From contig JBHLNS010000012.1 in assembly GCA_048941285.1 (NCBI GenBank), positions 1 through 64,000 on the forward strand: 64,000 nucleotides of DNA, read 5' to 3'. The stretch's first letter is position 1. The number at the start of each line of letters is the position of its first letter. This DNA comes from Promethearchaeota archaeon. Its GTDB lineage: Archaea > Asgardarchaeota > Lokiarchaeia > Sigyniarchaeales > SOKP01. The position numbers and the translations under genes were made by a program. The notes beneath the pieces are model-generated. The model saw only the letters and a program-made list of their open reading frames with translations. It did not search any database and was not told where the DNA came from. This document shows, piece after piece, positions 59,417 to 64,000 of this stretch.

Positions 59417-59787
59417 TAAAAATATTAAGATATGTAGAATCGAGACTTTATATGAATAATATTAAAGATAAGCATATAAAATTTAATAAGGATTTCTAAT
59501 GTCTAAATTGGAAGACAAAAGTCCCTGTAATACTACTATTATTTACTTACATTTATAATTGAAATTTATATATATCAAATGTACTGAATAAAATTAAATT
59601 TTTAATCTGTTGGCAAAAATGATAGAAAAAGAAAATGGGGTATTCCCACTGATCTCATCTTTTCAGAGATAGAACAGCTTAATGTATAATTTAAATTTAA
59701 CCATTTTTATTGGAAGAGGTAAAATATCAATCTTAATAAGAATTGAGATATATTTTGTTTTAAGAAATATTAATCTTGAATTGATAA

Positions 59788-60762
59788 ATGAAAGAATTAA
59801 TAACTCCAGAAAAAATTCAAAAGAGAATATCCACTGGAGATTTAACTAGAGAAAATGCAACAGAACATTTAATTTCATTAATTGAGGGTAGTGATGATAC
59901 AAGAATTCGTATCATGAGTATTAAAATTTTAGAAAAATTAAATTTTCAAAATGAAAATTTATTTAAAATCATGGAGAATTGTCTGGTATCAGATGAAAGC
60001 GCTATAATCAGAGCTGTAGTAGCAAAATATATAATTCAAAATTATCTAGAAGAGGGAATATCGGCTTTAATATGGGCTCTTCAACATGAAACGTCTCCAT
60101 TAGTATTAATACTTTTTTTTGAGTTCATAGAGAAATTTGGATCTCCTCAATTTGAGTCAATAAGAAAGGAATTACTTATCTGGAATAAAGATTTCTCTAA
60201 AAAAATCGGAGTAGTTCCACAAGAGTCAAGATTTTTTTTAGATTTAGAATTATTATTTGCGAAAAGTAAAGAAAATTATATAATTAATCCAAACAGCTAT
60301 AAATATTTCAAGATTATAAAAAATATTAATGAAAGAGATCCTTGGTTAATTATTAAAGATCAACATATCCAATCTTTAACTTTTAATTACTTTAATTGGA
60401 AATATATTAAATATAACTCAGATATTCTTAAATCTCTTTTCAAATTACAAAACATTGAAGTATACTTAGATTCGATAAGGAAATATAGCCAGAATGATGT
60501 TTTACTACCATCAATTCCAGAATCAATAGGATCTCTTACCCATTTAAAAAAGTTAAATCTCCGAAAAAATGGATTAGAAACATTACCTTATTCTTTTAAA
60601 AATCTTACTCTGCTTAAAGAGTTAGACTTAAGCTACAATAATCTAAAAGAGATTCCAGAATATATTTACTCATTCAATAACTTGGAAAGACTTAACATAA
60701 AGCATAATAATATCCAAAACATCCCAAAATCCTTATCAAATAAAATTATACTAATTAGATAA
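59788..60762 (+). CDS. HEAT plus leucine-rich repeat protein
   Basis: N-terminal HEAT-like helices. LRRs IPESIGSLTHLKKLNLRKNGL and LKELDLSYNNL. Confidence 0.88.
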   Translation: MKELITPEKIQKRISTGDLTRENATEHLISLIEGSDDTRIRIMSIKILEKLNFQNENLFKIMENCLVSDESAIIRAVVAKYIIQNYLEEGISALIWALQHETSPLVLILFFEFIEKFGSPQFESIRKELLIWNKDFSKKIGVVPQESRFFLDLELLFAKSKENYIINPNSYKYFKIIKNINERDPWLIIKDQHIQSLTFNYFNWKYIKYNSDILKSLFKLQNIEVYLDSIRKYSQNDVLLPSIPESIGSLTHLKKLNLRKNGLETLPYSFKNLTLLKELDLSYNNLKEIPEYIYSFNNLERLNIKHNNIQNIPKSLSNKIILIR

Positions 60763-60811
60763 TTATTTAAACAAGAAAATATAAAGTTAAAATCAAACTT
60801 TATGAGAATTA

Positions 60812-62542
60812 TTGAATAAAGTGAATATTATGGCTGAAGAAAAGAAAATGATAAATGGTGGCGATGTTTTAATTAAATGCCTTCTAAAAGAGAATGTCAA
60901 ATATTTATTTGGCATTCCTGGTGGACAATTTTTAAACATGTATGATGCAGTTTATAAGTGGGGAAGAGAACAAGGGATAAATACAGTTTTATTCAGACAT
61001 GAGGCATCAGCAGGCCATGCGGCTGATGCGTGGGCGAGATTGACAAATACACCTGGTATATGTTTTGGAACCGCTGGACCTGGAGCAACAAACCTAATCT
61101 CAGGAGTTGGGGCGGCTTGGGCAGATAATATTCCTGTAATTGCGATTGTGCCTCAAGTAAATTCTGAGTTTCAGGATTCTTTTACTTTGCAGGGTAGTCT
61201 TGATCAAATCGGAATGTATAAACCAATTACAAAATATCAGAAAAGTGTTCGCAAACTAAAAGAAATCCCAGATGCAGTTCATAAAGCTTTTAGAGAAGTT
61301 TTAAGTGGTCGACCTCAGCCTGCTTTATTAGAAATATTTGAAGATGCTTTTCTTGAAGAGATTGAGGAAGATCAATTAGAAATCCTAAATAAAGAGAAAT
61401 ATCGAGCTTTTGAAAAACCAGCTATTAAGGATGAATTAATTGAAGAGGCTTTAAACCTATTAAAAAATGCCAAAAAACCATTGATTATATCGGGTGGAGG
61501 TATTTCGCGAGCAGAGGCCTGGAGTGAACTAGAAGAATTTGTTGACTATTTAAAGTTGCCTGTAATTACAACGAGTACTGGAATCGGGACAATACCAAAT
61601 AAAACTCAATATTTATTTGGAGCTGGTGTTGCTGGTATGGGATTAAAGATAATACCGGAAGCAGATGTTATCATTGCTCTAGGATGTAAATTTTCTTGGA
61701 CAATGGCACATGGTGAAGAACCTTTTTGGAAAGATTCTCAGACTTTAATTCAAGTAGATATAGATCCCGCTATAATTGGCCGTGCGAAACCAATAACATT
61801 AGGTATTCATGGAGATTGTAAACATTTCTTGACCCAAATACTTGAAAAGGCAAAAAAATCAGATAGAGTAGAAAGTAGGGAATGGTTGGATGATCTTATC
61901 CATACGCGAGAGAATAATATTGAAAAATTGAATAAGAAATTATCTAAGGATAAAGTACCAATAGTACCAAAGAGACTTATTAAAGATGTTTTAGAAACTA
62001 TAGAAGAAGAAGCGATTTTAATTCTTGATGGTGGAGATATATCTGTTTCAGCAGCAGAGCAAATTTTTGATTATAATGTACGAAAACCACTCTCAACATT
62101 AGCAGCTACGGGTATGGGTCAATTAGGTACTGCTGTACCATATGGAATTGGAGCAAAGTTGGCAAAGCCAGATAAGCAAGTCGTTGCTATAGCGGGGGAT
62201 GGGAGTTTTATGATTAATATCCAAGATTTAGAAACTGCGGTGAGATTAAATTTAAAGAATCTAGTATATGTGATTGCTAATAATAGTGCATGGGGAATGA
62301 TTAAATCTGGACAGAAATTGTTTAAAGGAAAAAGATACATTGATGTAGACTTTCCAGAATTTGATTATGCAAAATGTGCTGAAGGTTTTGGTTGCTATGG
62401 GGAAGTCGTAACTGATCCTAATGAAATTAAACCAGCTCTTAAAAGAGCAATAAACTCAGGAAAACCTGCCGTTTTAGATGTAAAGATAGGGTTTGAAACC
62501 CCTGATACAACTAAACTTATGGGAAGTATGGGGATCCTCTAA
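60812..62542 (+). CDS. TPP-binding protein, acetolactate synthase large-subunit-like
   Basis: FGIPGG, RHE, GPGATN, QVDID and GDGSF...NNSAWG motifs. The start is probably the ATG of MAEE. Confidence 0.92.
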   Translation: MNKVNIMAEEKKMINGGDVLIKCLLKENVKYLFGIPGGQFLNMYDAVYKWGREQGINTVLFRHEASAGHAADAWARLTNTPGICFGTAGPGATNLISGVGAAWADNIPVIAIVPQVNSEFQDSFTLQGSLDQIGMYKPITKYQKSVRKLKEIPDAVHKAFREVLSGRPQPALLEIFEDAFLEEIEEDQLEILNKEKYRAFEKPAIKDELIEEALNLLKNAKKPLIISGGGISRAEAWSELEEFVDYLKLPVITTSTGIGTIPNKTQYLFGAGVAGMGLKIIPEADVIIALGCKFSWTMAHGEEPFWKDSQTLIQVDIDPAIIGRAKPITLGIHGDCKHFLTQILEKAKKSDRVESREWLDDLIHTRENNIEKLNKKLSKDKVPIVPKRLIKDVLETIEEEAILILDGGDISVSAAEQIFDYNVRKPLSTLAATGMGQLGTAVPYGIGAKLAKPDKQVVAIAGDGSFMINIQDLETAVRLNLKNLVYVIANNSAWGMIKSGQKLFKGKRYIDVDFPEFDYAKCAEGFGCYGEVVTDPNEIKPALKRAINSGKPAVLDVKIGFETPDTTKLMGSMGIL

Positions 62543-62580
62543 TATCATCCAAAAAATAATGGAAATGCACGGTAAAAACT

Positions 62581-63600
62581 ATGAAAGGCGTATTTTATGA
62601 AGGTGTTGGAAAAATTGTTGTAAAAGACGATTTACCAAAACCTAGTATTAAATCTGATGAAGTCTTAATTGAGGTCAAATATTGTGGTATTTGTGGTTCG
62701 GATGTAGAATCTTTTAAAAAATCAGGGATGTATGGCTCAGGAATAATAATAGGACACGAAATTTCTGGGATAATTAATGAAGTAGGTGAAGGTGTAAAGA
62801 GATTAAAAGTCGGGGATAAAGTAACAATAAATCCAAATCTCCCTTGTTATGATTGTTTTTGGTGTAATCGGAACCAAGAGAACAAATGTAAATTCGCTCC
62901 TAGAGCTATAGGAACCCTAACTCATGGCGCTATGGTGGAATTTTTTAATGTGAATCACGAGCGAATTCATATTCTACCTGATTTAATATCATTAGAGGAG
63001 GGTGCTCTTATCGAGCCATTAGCAGTAGGCATATATTCAGTTCAAGAATCTGGGATTAGATTAGGAGAAAGTGCTGCAGTTTTTGGTGCTGGAACTATAG
63101 GTTTAATGACGATTATAGCATTAAAAACAGCTGGAGTTAGTAACATTTTTGTTTTAGATCCTGTAGAATCTAAGCAAAAAATCGCGTTAGAATTTGGAGC
63201 TACTAAAGCATTTAATCCACAAAATTGGAAAAAGATACAGAGGTTTACTGAGAAAATTGGGCCCCCTCATGTTTTTGATTGCGTAGGAATAAAGGATACT
63301 GTTAGTACTTCGATAGAATTAGCACGAAGAGGTGGGCATATCACATTGGTTGGAATGGATCCTGATATCGGCGTTTTGAAAAATTTCTATGGTATTGCTG
63401 TTAAAAATATCACATTAAGAGGCATTTTTGGTTATAATCAAGATACTTTTAAGACTGCAATAGAACTACTAGAACAGAAAAAAGTGGATATTAAACCATT
63501 AATTACTAAAATCATAGATATAGATGAAGTCCCTCATGCTTTTGAGGGTTTAGCTGACCAAATGCATAAAGATATTAAAATTTTAGTTAGAATCTGTTAA
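62581..63600 (+). CDS. Zn-dependent medium-chain dehydrogenase
   Basis: CGICGSD, GHE, CYDCFWC...C, EPL and GAGTIG motifs. Confidence 0.93.
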   Translation: MKGVFYEGVGKIVVKDDLPKPSIKSDEVLIEVKYCGICGSDVESFKKSGMYGSGIIIGHEISGIINEVGEGVKRLKVGDKVTINPNLPCYDCFWCNRNQENKCKFAPRAIGTLTHGAMVEFFNVNHERIHILPDLISLEEGALIEPLAVGIYSVQESGIRLGESAAVFGAGTIGLMTIIALKTAGVSNIFVLDPVESKQKIALEFGATKAFNPQNWKKIQRFTEKIGPPHVFDCVGIKDTVSTSIELARRGGHITLVGMDPDIGVLKNFYGIAVKNITLRGIFGYNQDTFKTAIELLEQKKVDIKPLITKIIDIDEVPHAFEGLADQMHKDIKILVRIC

Positions 63601-63893
63601 TTTTAATTTAACTTTTTATTTTTCTTTATTTTAAATGATATTTTTTTAGGATTTTCTTATTAATTTCTATACTTACAAATATAATTAAAATTCTCTTATC
63701 TTTAAGTAACAAATAAAAAATCATTAATACCATGAATTAATTAAATCAAATGATTAAATACAAAAGGAGATCATATTTTAATAGTAGAACACTAGAAATA
63801 GAAATGGGAACTAGAAATTCTTTTAATAGTTGGTTTATTTTTATAATTTTATTTTAAAAAGTTAACATAAATACTGGTATAAAAGTCGATAAT

Positions 63894-64000
63894 ATGAATT
63901 CTAACAGTAAATTTGTATTCGTGACAGGAGGAGTAATGTCAGGAATAGGCAAGGGAGTTGCTACAGCTAGTATTGGCAAAGTACTCCAGTTTCGTGGCTT
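63894..64000 (+). CDS. pyrG: CTP synthase, 5' fragment (runs off the window)
   Basis: [35 protein letters not shown] matches the CTP synthase N-terminus. Confidence 0.93.
   Translation, partial: MNSNSKFVFVTGGVMSGIGKGVATASIGKVLQFRG

Noticed and set aside
59480-59700. Short open frames in the DUF35-LRR intergenic gap
   Set aside because: Too short and without a recognisable start or homology.
1158-62340. Short antisense or nested ORFs in the track (1158, 2076, 2758, 14013, 14469, 15714, 23366, 25587, 34427, 37231, 39006, 41846, 43445, 45171, 46157, 50542, 50989, 53896, 62119)
   Set aside because: They overlap well-supported longer genes and have no motifs, so they are most likely shadow ORFs.
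1-64000. Mobile elements, prophage, tRNA and rRNA genes
   Set aside because: I saw no transposase, integrase, terminal repeats or tRNA/rRNA signatures by eye. A dedicated scan would be needed to be certain.

Overview
AT-rich archaeal window that looks like Asgard archaea (Lokiarchaeia/Promethearchaeota). This assignment is inferred from three Rab-like small GTPases, three TPR proteins ending in a longin-like domain, HEAT/LRR proteins, an SCP2 protein and archaeal-type promoters and metabolic genes. 1-21 kb is a signalling-like region: TPR-longin proteins, GTPases, tandem-wHTH-TPR and TrmB regulators, a SET-domain protein, a ~200-nt structured intergenic element, and a 75-aa peptide next to a B12-radical SAM-SPASM enzyme (candidate RiPP system). 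26-40 kb is a glycoconjugate/sugar-acid catabolic cluster. 44-47 kb is a 2-oxoacid:ferredoxin oxidoreductase operon whose beta subunit is circularly permuted. 50-55.6 kb holds two secreted metallopeptidases that share a conserved leader (uORF plus hairpin) and flank protease gene remnants. The rest is acyl-CoA and central metabolism, and the window ends in the 5' end of pyrG. I found no rRNA, tRNA, CRISPR array or transposase. All calls come from reading motifs by eye; no searches or folding programs were run.
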